DNA of 63,517 nt, filler included, from Octopus bimaculoides (lineage: Eukaryota): assembly GCF_001194135.2 (NCBI RefSeq). It is 5 parts of 5 records of this genome, joined end to end, with 100 filler letters (N's around TTAATTAATTAA, not from the genome) between each part and the next. Parts side by side here need not be neighbours in the genome. Positions count along the whole stretch, not along the records: positions 1 to 16,434 come from NC_068984.1; 4 more parts are not named here. One strand, given 5' to 3'. Positions 1 to 14,163 of this stretch are shown here, one piece after another (positions within the stretch are counted from its first letter, which is position 1; each line of letters starts with the position of its first letter). The notes under the pieces are model-generated. The model was not told the DNA's origin and ran no database searches. It was given only the letters and a program-made list of their open reading frames with translations. Position numbers and translations under genes: made by a program.

Positions 1-200
1 TGTGTGTGTCTGTGTTTGTCTCCTGAACCGGTGTTGATGTGTTTACGACCCTGTAACCTACCGGTTCAGCAAAACAAACCAATAGAATAAGTACCAGGTT
101 TAAAAAAATTACTGGGGTCGATTCATTCGACTAAAATTTCAAGGCAGTGCCTCGGCATGGCCGCAGTCTAATGACTGAGTCATGTAAAAGATAAAAGATA
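1..200 (+). mobile_element. SINE family A (tRNA-type), 3' half, older copy
   Basis: Colinear with the 3' half of 31618-32040 (gtgtttacg..gtaac..cggttc..gatagaataagtac..ggggtcgat..catggccgcagtc..atgactga) and ends in an AAAAGAT tail. Confidence 0.85.
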
Positions 201-479
201 TATATGAAAGATATATATGAAAGATATATATATTGGTATTCAGTTGATAATTTTATCCATTATCCTTTAGTGCTTCACGCACGTAAACTACACTTAACTG
301 TGGTCATGTTAAATTATAACATGATAGATATATGAAGCTGTGTCTGCAGCGTATCAGTTGCCAGTTAGTGCGATTCTCATTATTTAATGTAGTAGTTGAC
401 CATGTGACTGAATGTTATTCAAATATAGCTGATTGCGTTTTGTAGCTATTCTTCGAAGCTTGTTACGCCTGATGACAAT

Positions 480-1160
480 AGGACTGAATCGATAGACTTA
501 GATTTTCAGGGACATAAGAAGCTCTCGAAAAGGAAGTTCTTCAGATGATCTGTAGTCTAACTAAGTGATTCTCTTTGCGCGATTCTCACTGGTTTAGAGA
601 TGTCGGTAGTTCTTTTAATATGTAGAAGCTTTCAGTGTAGCAAATCTCTGTTTGATTAGGCATTGAAATATGGACTGGTTTTATCGACAATAGTCCTAGT
701 TTCTGGAGGGCGTTCCGTTTCTTGACCATGACAAATTGGATCAAGGATGTAGATTTTTCCTGGTCTTGTTCTGTATGAATGTGGATGCTAATAACAATGG
801 CTTTTGAACGAGTTCTTAGTAGTAATTCTATTATTTCTTTCAGTATTGTCCAGAAATGTCATTAATGATCGATATATCAATGTGATTTTCAAGGTAATAT
901 CTTGTGAGTAGGTATGTGATGGGATTACAAAAAAATACAAATTCATAGTTGAAATGCAAACTGTAGGAGGTATATGTTTTTAGTTGAAGTATGTGATTTG
1001 GAAAGCGATCTTGTCTAGGAAGGGATAGCTAACTGTAACATTATAGATATTAAAGGTCTTTTCTATTTATGTGTCGTTAGCAAATGTCTTACGAGAGCTA
1101 GAAAGTATTACAACTATGTTAGGTAAGATCTACACTGATTGGTATTTTGTATCAATACTT
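480..1160 (-). mobile_element. Degenerate Penelope-like element RT remnant
   Basis: Minus strand at 743-766 reads RPGKIYIL, followed by ERPPETRTIV. This resembles the PLE RT N-terminal motif PGKFYxLPKxHK..PGRPIVS. Weakly colinear with 29950-30200. Many stops. Confidence 0.45.
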
Positions 1161-2606
1161 GGTTTCTATTTTGTGTAAAAGCAAAAAAAGAAAAAGACAG
1201 CATTAGTAGCACAGGATGGTTTTAATGCAAAATATTAACGAGACAATTCAAGTAAAGTATCAATAGTCTCCCTTTATTAGCTTCAATGGTATTACTACAT
1301 TATTGCTAATAATTTAACGATTCCTTACTTCGTGTTAGTTAGCCGCATAACAACCGATTCAATCCCATTTTAATTCCATAATTTCATTCCTATCGCGTTT
1401 CATGTCACAAACTTGCAATAATCAGTCTTTCTTCGTTCTTTCACAAAACTGTTGACCTCTGAAGCTTCACATTTATCCATATATCTAAGAACATTAATCT
1501 ACTGAAATTCAAGTTAACAATAAACTGCATTGATTTCAACAAGCTTGGAGTACTTGCAGCAATTATAAGCAGCTTGGTACCTTCTTTGGATAAATAGAAG
1601 ATAAATTGGTTAGTAAATGGTTGTTTAATAAATGTTCGGTAAAATATTTTCTATTTATCAGATACTGCTCATTTACTGATGATTATACAACACTACCGAA
1701 GTTTCACATATCTTAATAGCAACACTTATCCAGTGAACACAAAATATCAACCGTTCTTGCTCGTCAGTTCGTCTTTGCTAATGGATAACAATTCGGTAGA
1801 GTAGTTAAGTACACCAGTGTCTAATTAAAGTTGTAAAATGAAATTTATGACAAACAAAACAATGATTAAGTTCTATTGGTTTTTCTCTTTTTCACTGACC
1901 TTTGATGTGACACCCACATAGAAGAGTGAGCCAAGCACGAATTGTTTAATTATTATATATACTTTCAGCTTCACCTATTTTAACTCTTACGTTCAGATAA
2001 GAGTCCCCGTAAGAAAGTATATAAATATTTTCTCATCTTTGACATTTTGTATTATCAAAATCATTTTTTAAAAATATTTTCCATTATTGTTAGTTATTAT
2101 ACTATGCTATGCAAAAACACAGAAGAGGATGCCGTGAACATCAATAAAATGCTTCTGGAATACACATAGTATTTGTTATCAAAACTTAGTTGACTGAACA
2201 AAAACAATCCCAACATTACCGATGTTGCTAGCTATTCATGTATTTAGTGTCTGTCTCTTGAGTTATTTTGGTAATTATCTTTTACTTTTGTGTGACGAGA
2301 GTGTAAACAGATACAACAGTTAGTTTTCTTTCCAAAGCAAGTGAATTTATTTTATTCATATTTGTCTAGTTTTCTGAATGCCACAATTTTATGCATGCAT
2401 ACTTTTTTTTTGCATTTGTTAATGTGCAAAATGTATTTCTTTTAGATTGTTTTTGCCAAAGAAGAAAGAGAATTTCACCATTCGTTAGAATTGTTTTCTT
2501 TTAAGACATGCTAATATTTTCAGTTTTTGAAAACTTTATTCAACTGATATTTTGCAGAGGCAAACCACCACTAGTATATATATGAATTCTAATATTTGAT
2601 TTAACT

Positions 2607-2718
2607 TTCAAATTTCGCCGGGGTCGACTTTGACTTTCATCCTTTCGGAACACTGGGGATTGATTTAATCGATTCAACCCCGACCCCGAAATTGTTGGCC
2701 TTGTGCCAAATTGAAAAG
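2607..2718 (+). mobile_element. SINE family B fragment
   Basis: tcaaatttcgccggggtcgactttgactttcatcctttcgg..aatcga..ggccttgtgcc matches 36740-36850. Confidence 0.7.
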
Positions 2719-2802
2719 CAATATCTGATTTAACTTCTTGAAGGGAGCATCGTCTTAGTGATCGACAACAATAGCGAACGTTATCCTCAGTTTTTTTATA
2801 TA

Positions 2803-2997
2803 CTATTCTTTTACCTTTTCCAGTCATTTGACTGCGGCCATGCTGGAGCACCATCTGAAGAGGTTTTAATCGAAGAAATCGACCCTAAGACTTATTCTTT
2901 GTAAGCCTAGTACTTATTCCATCGGCCTCTTTTGCCGAACCGCTAAGTTACGGGGACGTAAACATACCAACATCGGTTGTCAAGTGATTGTGTGTGG

Positions 2998-3032
<35 letters not shown>

Positions 3033-3197
3033 CAACGGGCTTCTTTCAGTTTCTGTCAACCAAATCCACTCACAAAGCTTTAGTCAGCCCCAGGCTATAG
3101 TAGAAAACACTTGCCCAAAGTGTCACGCAGTGGGACTGAACCCAGAACCATGTGTTTGGAAGCAAGCTTCTTACCATACAACAACACCTGCGCCTAT
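2803..3197 (-). mobile_element. SINE family A, full length
   Basis: Reverse complement of 31618-32040 from head (ataggcgcagg) to tail, with the internal CA/TA microsatellite. Confidence 0.92.
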
Positions 3198-3299
3198 GCT
3201 ATGGTGAATGCGCGAGCGGAAGCTTTACGAATCTGCCCATCCACGATGGGAAATAAAGGTATAGTACCGCAAATCTAAACCTTCTAAATTCACAAACTA

Positions 3300-3775
3300 A
3301 AGTGGGGTGGGATGGAATCCAGAGTTAATCCTCATCGCCGGAATTTTAAGAAAGAAAAAAAAAATCAGAGGGGATTTATTAATACAAAACTGAATATCTA
3401 CTAAATGATCATACTTTTTCACATTTTTTCCTGATCACCTCCTTCGTAATCCCGAAAAACATCGTGACAATTGGTCCAGCCATTTGACCGAGAAAACAAA
3501 CGGACATAACGCCCATTATAGTAAGAAACTGACTTACTTCCCTTTGCTCATTTTATTATTTATCTCCCCCTTAATTTTTATTTGCTTTTAATGCCCGTAA
3601 ACTGAACAATTACCCTCAATATCCACTAAATAATCATTCTTGTTTACATTTTTTTTCGCTAAAAACCTTCTGGATTACCTTCTTCGTAATCCTGTAAAAC
3701 ATCGTGACCATTGGTCTTGCCGTTTCACTGTGAAGAGGACACAGACAGATGGACATATCGCCCATTATAGTAAGA
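3300..3775 (-). mobile_element. Non-autonomous Helitron-like repeat with a duplicated 5' module
   Basis: Two related ~120-bp modules (about 3410-3526 and 3645-3775) each end in ggacata.cgcccattatagtaaga. On the minus strand the second reads A|TCTTACTATAATGGGCG..GTCCATCTGTCTG, the typical A|TC Helitron 5' end. No CTAG 3' end found. Confidence 0.4.
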
Positions 3776-4199
3776 TATCGCTTGGAGAAATGAATCCATG
3801 AAGATGATCAATCCGATGCCCACGGATACTACGGACTAGACTATAATCATCCCAGGAATATGACCTGTGATCATAAGAGACATGTAATTTGTGGAAACGC
3901 GCGTAGTAATGCATTAAATGTTTATAAATTCCACCCAAGGATTATTAGTATTATTATTACTATAACATCTGGTACTGCTGTCGAACACTACTGTTATTGC
4001 TGGTTCTTGCTGTTGTTTAGCTCATTGAACATCTCTGAGAACACGTATGTTAAGACAAGCAATCCAACCACGATCAACATGTCCAAGTGTATATCGAGAA
4101 TTATATTGCCAAGTGTGTTCTTCCTTTTATTTTCCTTTTATTTCCTTTAATACGGCATGATTTAATCTGAGCTATACTTCACTGCTATTTCTAGCAAGT

Positions 4200-4500
4200 T
4201 CAGCAACCATGCAGAAGCTTCATACCGTAAAAACGTTCTGGAGGTGTTGTCGGTGCAAAAGGTACAATTTCCCTGATAGATTACGTTTTTTTCTTCTAGC
4301 AGCAAGCTGTGTTCCTTACATGGCCAAGTGGTATTTCCTTTAAAGTATTTTTAATTTGTTGTGTAGGTGGTCAATGGGCGTGGCTTCCATACAACCAGTG
4401 ATGATACGAAGTGTGCTATTTCCCCCTGTAGCTAAAACCTGGTCATGTCAAAGCTGCCGTGGAAGTTGTCACTGGATGTCAGTATTGTTTTTGTATTTCT
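4200..4500 (-). mobile_element. Degenerate LINE post-RT fragment (I/Jockey-group-like)
   Basis: Minus-strand translation NSTLRIITGCMEATPIDHLHNKLKIL*RKYHL resembles QNxALRxITGC...PIDHLHxETKxLP. Confidence 0.5.
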
Positions 4501-5621
4501 GTCAGTTGAACGGATTTCCTCAAGCAACTAATCAGGTCTCACAAACGTTGGTGCTAATAGCGCTGATATAAATAATAACAAAAAAACAAAAAAAAAACAG
4601 AAATTGTAGAATATTTAATAAATTTCCAATTGTTGTGTCTTTCAAACTTCATTTTAACATTTCCTGGCTACTCTGGCTTTATTTACAGTATAATTAAAGG
4701 ACACACGCAAATATACAGACGGACAAACACACGTGGTCATACATGCGCGTTCGGACACACAACCGCATATGCATACATACATTCATACATGTATATATAT
4801 ATATATATACACANNNNNNNNNNNNNNNNNNNNNNNNNNNNNNNNNNNNNNNNNNNNNNNNNNNNNNNNNNNNNNNNNNNNNNNNNNNNNNNNNNNNNNN
4901 NNNNNNNNNNNNNNNNNNNNNNNNNNNNNNNNNNNNNNNNNNNNNNNNNNNNNNNNNNNNNNNNNNNNNNNNNNNNNNNNNNNNNNNNNNNNNNNNNNNN
5001 NNNNNNNNNNNNNNNNNNNNNNNNNNNNNNNNNNNNNNNNNNNNNNNNNNNNNNNNNNNNNNNNNNNNNNNNNNNNNNNNNNNNNNNNNNNNNNNNNNNN
5101 NNNNNNNNNNNNNNNNNNAAGAAAATGGAGGGGAATATGTGGTACTCATCAACTTGCAGACACTATTATATTACACACGCACGCACGCATACATATATGC
5201 ACACACGCTTGAATGTACATACATACATAGACATGTACACACAAACACACACACACACACACTCTCTCACATAAATGGGATGGGAGAAAAACAAACGAAA
5301 GCCAAAGGAACAGAAAATAATAAAGCGAACTTTGTGTGAAGAAAATTTATGACTCTCGCTGGAGAAGAAAATATGGAAATTTATAGAAGAAGTTGAAAGA
5401 CAACAACGAATGTTACCTAGGGATAACAAGATGAATTAGAGATAGTGTATTGATCAACTGGAGTTTGTCACGTGACTTCTCTGTCATAGATCAATTTGTC
5501 CCCGATGTCGTTGTGTAAGACCCAGAAGGTACACACGACCTGTAGCAGAGGGGTCAACTATCGTCAATGACTCTTGCTAAGCATGCATACATACACACAC
5601 GCGCGTGCAGGCACACGCACA

Positions 5622-5662
<41 letters not shown>

Positions 5663-5908
5663 GTGTGCAAACATATACAAATGCATATAAATATAAATAT
5701 ATAAATGTGGGGAAAAGTGTGTTAATAAGTATTTATTTTATCGTATGCTCTCCAATTTTTGCTCTCTATACTAGCCACCTGTCGCTTGAAGCTAACTTCC
5801 TACACTTGGATCACTGGACTGTNNNNNNNNNNCTCTCCAATTTTTGCTCTCTATACTAGCCACCTGTCGCTTGAAGCTAACTTCCTACACTTGGATCACT
5901 GGACTGTA

Positions 5909-5944
<36 letters not shown>

Positions 5945-5953
5945 TTAATATAG

Positions 5954-6217
5954 TTTAATAAACACAGTATATATTTCTATGAACTCCTAATAGTTTCATG
6001 CGATGAAAACGACTCTGACAACATTTTATAACACGTCTGGTGCCTTCACGCAATCCTCAGGCTATGCCCACATTATATATACAGGCTAAGACAGGACGTG
6101 TGGGCATAGCCTGGGGATTGCATGAAGACATCAAATGTGTTATAAAATGCTGTGTGAGTCGTTTCCATCGCATGAAACTGTTAGTACCTCATAAAAATAT
6201 ATACCGTGTTTATTAAA
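5954..6217. mobile_element. Palindromic MITE-like element
   Basis: Arms 5954-6072 and 6099-6217 are reverse complements at roughly 85% identity, around a 26-bp spacer. Confidence 0.8.
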
Positions 6218-6344
6218 GAATATTTATCTCTTACCAGATGGAGTGCTTTCTGTTGACCTTACCTTCGCGGGACTGTACACTATATATATATATATAGTCA
6301 GTTCAAATAAACAATCAATTCAAATAAACGAATTTGATTAACAG

Positions 6345-6480
6345 ACAAAAGAGGACGAGCACAAGGAATGTATTAGCTTGTCGCTCAGTGAAAGGAGAGA
6401 GCTTAAAGTTTTGAGCATAGCTCTTCGTCGAAAAGGAGAAGAGAAAACCTCAAGAAGGAAAAGAAATCGCCAACAGCTCG
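6345..6480 (-). repeat. PLE-terminus-like repeat with a degenerate minimal hammerhead motif (copy 1)
   Basis: Shares atgtattag..gagc.ta.gctcttc..gaaa with 48460-48560 and 53930-54060. Confidence 0.5.
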
Positions 6481-7764
6481 CATGCATACATATATAAATA
6501 CACACATGTAAAGATATGCATGTTTAACAGAACATCTCTCGACTTCTCCAACCATGATGGAATACTATCTAAAGAGCACAATAAAGTATTTAAAATGAAT
6601 TAAAGTGGTTTCATCAACTCTCATATGAAAAGGCCTAACAGATCGAAAAGCTCTTCTCGATTCCAGCTTCTTCATCAAGAGATCAAATAAATGAGTCAAT
6701 ACTAAAATAGTAACCGAAAGAAATCTCAGCCTCGCTACTTTTCTTTTCAGTTTCTACTTACGACGCTCCTAATCTTACAACTCTAAACTTGTCATCCACA
6801 TTTTCATTCCGGAATCATATCTTTTAAACTCCATCTATATTTTACAAGTCGTTTATCAGCTCTATTCCTAACTTTCGAAGACAAATAACACTTCATTAAC
6901 AATATTCATATGTAATGAATATAACTTTCTAAACGCACAATGCAATAGTGCAAGCGCCCCCTATAAGTCATAGGTATTTTACGAATCAGTTAAGTTGGTT
7001 TTCTTGATGATTGCTTATCATAAACTGGGTGTTGGGTTTGATGGGTTGGATGTGGTGCTGATGAAAGAGCAATAACTTTTGAAATATGTATCTACACTCT
7101 TTACCTATTTTTTCGGTCTTCGATCACATTGTTTACATAAACGTATTCCTATAGGAAACGTCGTAGTTTTCAGTGTTGGCTCTGAATTCTAAAGAAAATC
7201 TGTAGAGATAAACTTAAAAACGGATATATATTTATATGTGTGTGTGCGTGTGTATATCTTTCACTCTGTTACTTATCGATCTCTATCGAACCACTCTAAG
7301 TTATAGAAGCAAAATAAGGAGCACTGAGCTTTAAGCGTTGAAACATATATAAACATACAAACACATGCATGCATATATACTTGTGTGGGCACATATCATA
7401 TTTTTATTCCTAAAACTCCCCTTTAAAGACAATGCTCTCTCTGCGATTATAGCAGAAAATGATTGCCTAAGATTCCACTCTGTAAGGTTGAATCGGAAGC
7501 TTACTAGTTTATGAAATGAGCTTCTTAGCGAGTCAGCCATGTCCATGCTTATGCTTTTAAAAAAATCCTATTAGCAATTTGAATTTAAAGAAGACATTGA
7601 AAAAAATCTATATAATATTCGTTCATTCTGTAAAGATCAGACCGACCCCACTCCTTTATTTTTAGATTAGCATCTTTTCTATCAACAGTTGTATTTTTTG
7701 TTTTTTTTTTCTGAACACCTAGATCAAGGGGACGTGAACTAATTAACAACACTGTCAAGGAATG

Positions 7765-7799
<35 letters not shown>

Positions 7800-8488
7800 N
7801 NNNNNNNNNNNNNNNNNNNNNNNNNNNNNNNNNNNNNNNNNNNNNNNNNNNNNNNNNNNNNNNNNNNNNNNNNNNNNNNNNNNNNNNNNNNNNNNNNNNN
7901 NNNNNNNNNNNNNNNNNNNNNNNNNNNNNNNNNNNNNNNNNNNNNNNNNNNNNNNNNNNNNNNNNNNNNNNNNNNNNNNNNNNNNNNNNNNNNNNNNNNN
8001 NNNNNNNNNNNNNNNNNNNNNNNNNNNNNNNNNNNNNNNNNNNNNNNNNNNNNNNNNNNNNNNNNNNNNNNNNNNNNNNNNNNNNNNNNNNNNNNNNNNN
8101 NNNNNNNNNNNNNNNNNNNNNNNNNNNNNNNNNNNNNNNNNNNNNNNNNNNNNNNNNNNNNNNNNNNNNNNNNNNNNNNNNNNNNNNNNNNNNNNNNNNN
8201 NNNNNNNNNNNNNNNNNNNNNNNNNNNNNNNNNNNNNNNNNNNNNNNNNNNNNNNNNNNNNNNNNNNNNNNNNNNNNNNNNNNNNNNNNNNNNNNNNNNN
8301 NNNNNNNNNNNNNNNNNNNNNNNNNNNNNNNNNNNNNNNNNNNNNNNNNNNNNNNNNNNNNNNNNNNNNNNNNNNNNNNNNNNNNNNNNNNNNNNNNNNN
8401 NNNNNATTTATATATATATATATATGTATGTATGTATATATATATATACATATATGTGTATGTATATATGTATGTATATATATAAGTG

Positions 8489-8534
<46 letters not shown>

Positions 8535-8599
8535 ATATATATAGCTGATATTTTGTGTGTATTCAATTATTCAGCATCTTTTAACTTAGTGGAGATAGC

Positions 8600-9120
8600 T
8601 AGCTGCAATTATGCATCTGTGCATCTGCAATCAATGGCTGCAATTATACAGCTATATAACTGCAATCTTTTGCAGCAATTTTGCACTTCTATAGGTTCGA
8701 TCACATGCTGTAATTGTGCAGGTGTGCAGCCAGCTGCAATCTGTCGGTAGGTACAACTACACCGATGTATAGCTGCAACATTTCGTTGGAGAAATATCGA
8801 CAAGTATAGAGGATGCAGTAATTTGCGCAACGGTACGGTTACAATCACTTGTGCAGCTCTAATTGTGCAACTCTACACATCAAACCACTCGCTGCAATTA
8901 TGCAATATTATAACTGCCGCAATAGGCTCACCAGTAATTGTGCAACTGCTTCGTGGTTATCATTTGGTGTATGTGAAATTGGGTTTTGTTTTCTGCAATG
9001 CAATCTGCAACAATCAGAGCTAGTAAGAGTGCAGCTGGCATTAGACTTGCACAGTTCCAAAATTACAAGCCATTGCAGGAATGTGACGCTCACTCTCGTA
9101 CCATGAGACGTTGCAACGGA
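8600..9120. repeat. Cryptic TGCA-rich degenerate repeat
   Basis: About 25 TGCA tetramers in ~520 bp by hand count, with recurring GCTGCAATT and AATTGTGCA. Confidence 0.6.
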
Positions 9121-9245
9121 CACACAAACACACAAGCGCACACACTCACACGGGTATATACGTGTCAATAGATAGACACACACACGTACGCATATATACA
9201 TACGTACGTACATGCAAACATACACACACAAATACACACACACGC

Positions 9246-9310
<65 letters not shown>

Positions 9311-10469
9311 NNNNNNNNNNNNNNNNNNNNNNNNNNNNNNNNNNNNNNNNNNNNNNNNNNNNNNNNNNNNNNNNNNNNNNNNNNNNNNNNNNNNNNNNNN
9401 NNNNNNNNNNNNNNNNNNNNNNNNNNNNNNNNNNNNNNNNNNNNNNNNNNNNNNNNNNNNNNNNNNNNNNNNNNNNNNNNNNNNNNNNNNNNNNNNNNNN
9501 NNNNNNNNNNNNNNNNNNNNNNNNNNNNNNNNNNNNNNNNNNNNNNNNNNNNNNNNNNNNNNNNNNNNNNNNNNNNNNNNNNNNNNNNNNNNNNNNNNNN
9601 NNNNNNNNNNNNNNNNNNNNNNNNNNNNNNNNNNNNNNNNNNNNNNNNNNNNNNNNNNNNNNNNNNNNNNNNNNNNNNNNNNNNNNNNNNNNNNNNNNNN
9701 NNNNNNNNNNNNNNNNNNNNNNNNNNNNNNNNNNNNNNNNNNNNNNNNNNNNNNNNNNNNNNNNNNNNNNNNNNNNNNNNNNNNNTATATATATATATAT
9801 ATATATATGCATATCTATAAATATACAATAAGCTTCCCTGAGTTGTATATCCATAGATTTTAGCTGTCACTGCAACGATGCATAAATTTAATTTATTAGG
9901 AACATATGAAAATTACAAATGTCTGTATAGTTTATATAGACTTGCCGTACACAGACGTTAGAATGTGTGCAGCTGTATCGAGTAACATTATAGTCTCATC
10001 AACATTTATTTTACGTTACCTGCCAGTGCAAAATTGTATTTAAACACAGTTATTACGCTTATAACTTTATACTTAATCACGTAAAAAGATATTTGAATTG
10101 ACATGTATGTACGTATGTATGTATGTATGTATGTATATATGTATGTGCGTGTCTATGCTCCTTGCGGAGTTATGTGGACTAACCATCTATGTGTGTGTGT
10201 ATGCACGTACGTCCACGTATGTATATATATGTATATGGATACACATATAAACATAGATGTATATATTCTCCTACATAAGGACATACATACATATATACCT
10301 GCATATATATTTATTTATAAGGTAAGGGGTAATAAACCTCTTTCAGTCATGAATGACCATGGGACTGCACCTAGAATGTTCCTCTCCGAGGCACAAGTTC
10401 TGGCAAAATTGTTTATAAAAGACCAGCAGTTGCCCTTGCATACCAGCCTCCCTTCTCCTCGCCATTAAT

Positions 10470-10660
10470 GTTATCCAGAGGAAAGGAAAAAGCTGATACA
10501 GCCGGGCACTAGTGACGTTGCATCTCATTTCTACAGCTGAATGAACTGGAGCAACGTGAAATATAATGTGTTGCTCAAGAACACAACACACAACCCGGTT
10601 CGAGAATCGAACTCACTACCTCATGATTGTAAACCCGACGCTCTAACCACTGAGCTACGC
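10470..10660 (-). mobile_element. SINE family C (tRNA-type), 5' part
   Basis: Minus strand gcgTAGCTCAGTGGttagagcgtcgg..gaGTTCGATTCtcg gives A and B boxes, followed by gtgttcttgagcaacac..tttcacgttgctccag. Confidence 0.8.
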
Positions 10661-10719
10661 ATATATATGAGTATATACCTTTACATATACGTATACCTTG
10701 ATTCTTCATTGAAATTTCA

Positions 10720-12003
10720 TGATGATGTCCACTCTCGCAATAATGAGGTTTCTAATAACTGAACATGGTGCATTCTCGATAGTGGGACATGAGTCAGTAA
10801 CGTTGATATTCGTAGCCAGAGTAGCAACCATTTTAGCACATTTCGCCTGCTTCTCTTTTAATATCTTCTTTATGTCTTCTCTACCTCCAGCACACGATGA
10901 CTGCTGCCGTTAAGTATTTTGGTCAACCCCAATTCTAATTAGCCCTACGTCTAATTTCTCGTGTCTGACTTTGTACCTCATCCTTGCAGCATGTCTTCAA
11001 CACTCCAGCTTAGCGCCGACCCTTCTATCGCTGTTTATATATCGCTGTGCGTGGAGACATATTTATTACTTGGCGCAATCACTAAAGGTGGCGCTGATTG
11101 ATCATAGTTTCAATACTTTAATTTATTTTTCAATTATTTTACTGTGTGACACACGCTTACGCCAGATAATTCCCAACATGCAATGGAATAGTTATCATGG
11201 AAGCAACACAGAGACTTTAATTTGATGCTTGTAGGATGCCAAAATTTCACGGCTATAGAGAAGTGTGTTGATACAGACAGTTTGATAGACGGTAATCTTT
11301 GGGAAGAAGGAAGACTCCAATTCTGAAAGACCGTTTGCTGAAGTCTCACAAAGTTTACCGATTGCGGCCCCAATTGTATAATTTTCCCCACATGTCTGAG
11401 AAATTGCACTAGTGATAACAATTTATTATCAACAATCAATACAGGTAGAATAGTTTGGACCCTGCACTCCATTAGGTTCGTTATGTTGACAGTTAGCCCC
11501 ATATCACTAGCGCTTAGGCATTTCCCGTCAAAAGGATAACCTGAAGATGCTCTTGATCATGAATTACAGTTTTCGGTACGCTGCAACTCCAGGTTTCGCT
11601 CTTTACAGAAATTTGGTGTTTGCACGCTGGTTCCTGATGTTAAAAAGGTAGCCATCGAATTTGAAATCCACTGCGATACCACAACACTCTCCAGTTTGGT
11701 GGAGGAAAAGCCTTACAACATACAGGATGAATATGTGAAAGAGCACTTATGCTAGCACACACATCTGCATCATTCGGCTTCTTGTTATCTGTTGTCATCC
11801 GCACAGTCACCCTTTCAAAGAACTGAAGTACGTTAAACCTGAGAGGAGTATCTCCGAAAACCTCTCTCTGCATGGTGTCAAATACTTTAGAGAAATAGAT
11901 AAAGTCTCTAAACAAGTTTTGATGCTGCTCTCAAGAGTTTTTCTAAACATGGCAGGCTGTGAAGATCACGTGGACTGCGATTCTTTACTTCTAAATCCCC
12001 TCT
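10720..12003 (-). mobile_element. RTE-clade LINE, RT and C-terminal part (decayed)
   Basis: Minus-strand motifs in the expected order: QRGFRS, EQHQNLFRDFIYFSKVFDT (DLTKAFD-like), FKFDGYLFNIR, MGLTVN, TLLYSRE, MLGIIWRKR, KGRR. Confidence 0.8.
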
Positions 12004-12857
12004 GTTGCCCTAATTGAGGTCGGACTTCTGATGAGAACTTACTAACACAAGAAGAGTTGACTTACACATTATTCTTGGATAGTTTCTCTCCTCACCAGGT
12101 GTACTGCATTTTCATTGTGTAGAAGTGGCCATCAAAAACAGAATTCTTCTAAGTCTAATATTGGCTGGCATCAGGGGATGGTTAATGATCCTCCGTATCT
12201 CACTAGCAAAAATATTTCCTGGTATACTTCCCTGTGTCTAAATACCAGCTTTGTCAGCTGAGAAAGGTACCAAAAACTGCATTTATCAGGCATTAGGTAA
12301 AACATATTACCGGAACTCCCAAAATGACATGACTCCCTTGCTTGAAAATTTCAACGCTAGGTGACACAGAACAACAGGACATAGAATAGAATATAAGCTA
12401 TACCCAGCAGAAAGGAAAATACAAAACCTCGTGGACGCATCCTCACTCAAAACAATCGCATGATTGATTTCATCTTTGTGAGATACAGTAACCTCAAATA
12501 TATTTTCATCACCCGTGCCATGAGGAATACAAATTATTTGACCAACCGTCGAATGATTGTAGACAAAGTCCTTATGAAAAGTGGGTTCTCTCTCCGCCGT
12601 TGAGATACCAAAATAAAAATCAATAAAAGTAGATAAAATTGCAACTGCTCAGGAAAGAAAGCAAGACGTGAGTATCAAACAACACCTTGCTGAGAAGCTA
12701 AGGGCATTGAAACTTTGTCTGGGTTCAAAAAACATCGCGGATCAACAACGGGTCTATATTAACTCTGCATTCTACGAAGCAGCAACCATAATAACAGTAA
12801 CCATCCCTAACTTGCTTAAGGACTTGCAAAACGTAAGTTGGGCAAATATATATATAC

Positions 12858-13007
<150 letters not shown>

Positions 13008-13037
13008 ATGCATATATATCGAGAGAGAGAGAGAGAT

Positions 13038-13103
<66 letters not shown>

Positions 13104-13879
13104 AGTCCGTCATTCACCGATACCAAATTGTATGAGCGGGTGGTTTGGAAGGAAGTGCAAAAGGCAATACAGACCATATAGTTTATAAGTGAAAAAAAAA
13201 ACAAAACAAACAAAAGAAAACAATACTATGAAATCCAGTCCATTATCAATAAAACACATGCACTATTTTTACAACGATACCAAAAACCATACTCAGCCGA
13301 ATAAACTATTGCAGCATTCCTCAGAAAACAACTTAACAGACAGTCTAACACTTTTGAAGGATCATATTTTTTAGCTGAACTGGGCTGAACATTTTAATAC
13401 CTTACATAATAAGGAGCATAGTGCAGAAGTAAGCAGTCCTTACAATCGGAGTGGGGTCCTCAACTTTATTGTTGCTTTGTATGCTTCAGCCTTCTTTGGG
13501 TGCTTTGTGATTCACATTTGTGCCTAATCGGGGATTGAACGCAGAAAGCTAGGTGATTGCATTGCATTAACCAAAGCCTTCATCCATTACGCTATGCCTG
13601 TTGGGAGTGTCAGAATGAATTTTTAAGCCTTATAAACTTCCATTGATGCTTTATGTAGGCTCCGTACCGATTGGATAATACAATTATATATTTCTGATGG
13701 AGTGCAGAGTCCAACCCATTCCTCATTTCAGGAATATAGAATTGTAACCAATCCTTGATAAATTGCCAAGATTTCCTGCAATGCGTGACCTCAGTCAACC
13801 ACCCGACTCGTTATTCGTTATCTGAGCTTTTAACAACATCAATACTCCCACTATTAAAGATATTCCTACTGGGCTAGAG

Positions 13880-14140
13880 AAGAAACGTGATGATTCAATT
13901 GTTCTCAGGGATCTGCTATCGAAGTTATCGATCCTCTTTGCCAGGGTCTTCGAGGGTGGGTGTGGGACACGTTTCTCCACCATGGAGGAAAATGGAGAGG
14001 GCCGATGCGTTGTAGATGCAAAGGTACATCTTCCGGGAGATTGATCAGTGACGCCAAAGGGGCTTCCACATGGAATTACATGACCCCAGTGGCCAGGCCA
14101 TATCTGCCTCATGAAGCAAAAGCTTAAAGCAAGCAAATTA
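13880..14140 (-). mobile_element. LINE post-RT fragment inserted in the RTE
   Basis: SKTLAKRIDNFDSRSLRTIE resembles post-RT xLxKRIDAFDxxCLRRI. Confidence 0.45.
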
Positions 14141-14163
14141 TCAAGTAAGCTTCAGAAGGAGGG

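Noticed and set aside
468-500. CTGATGA next to the PLE remnant as a hammerhead
   Set aside because: No intact GAAA or stem II, and opposite strand to the RT remnant.
5748-5907. Exact 75-bp direct repeat around a 10-N gap
   Set aside because: An identical overlap across a minimal gap indicates unmerged contig ends.
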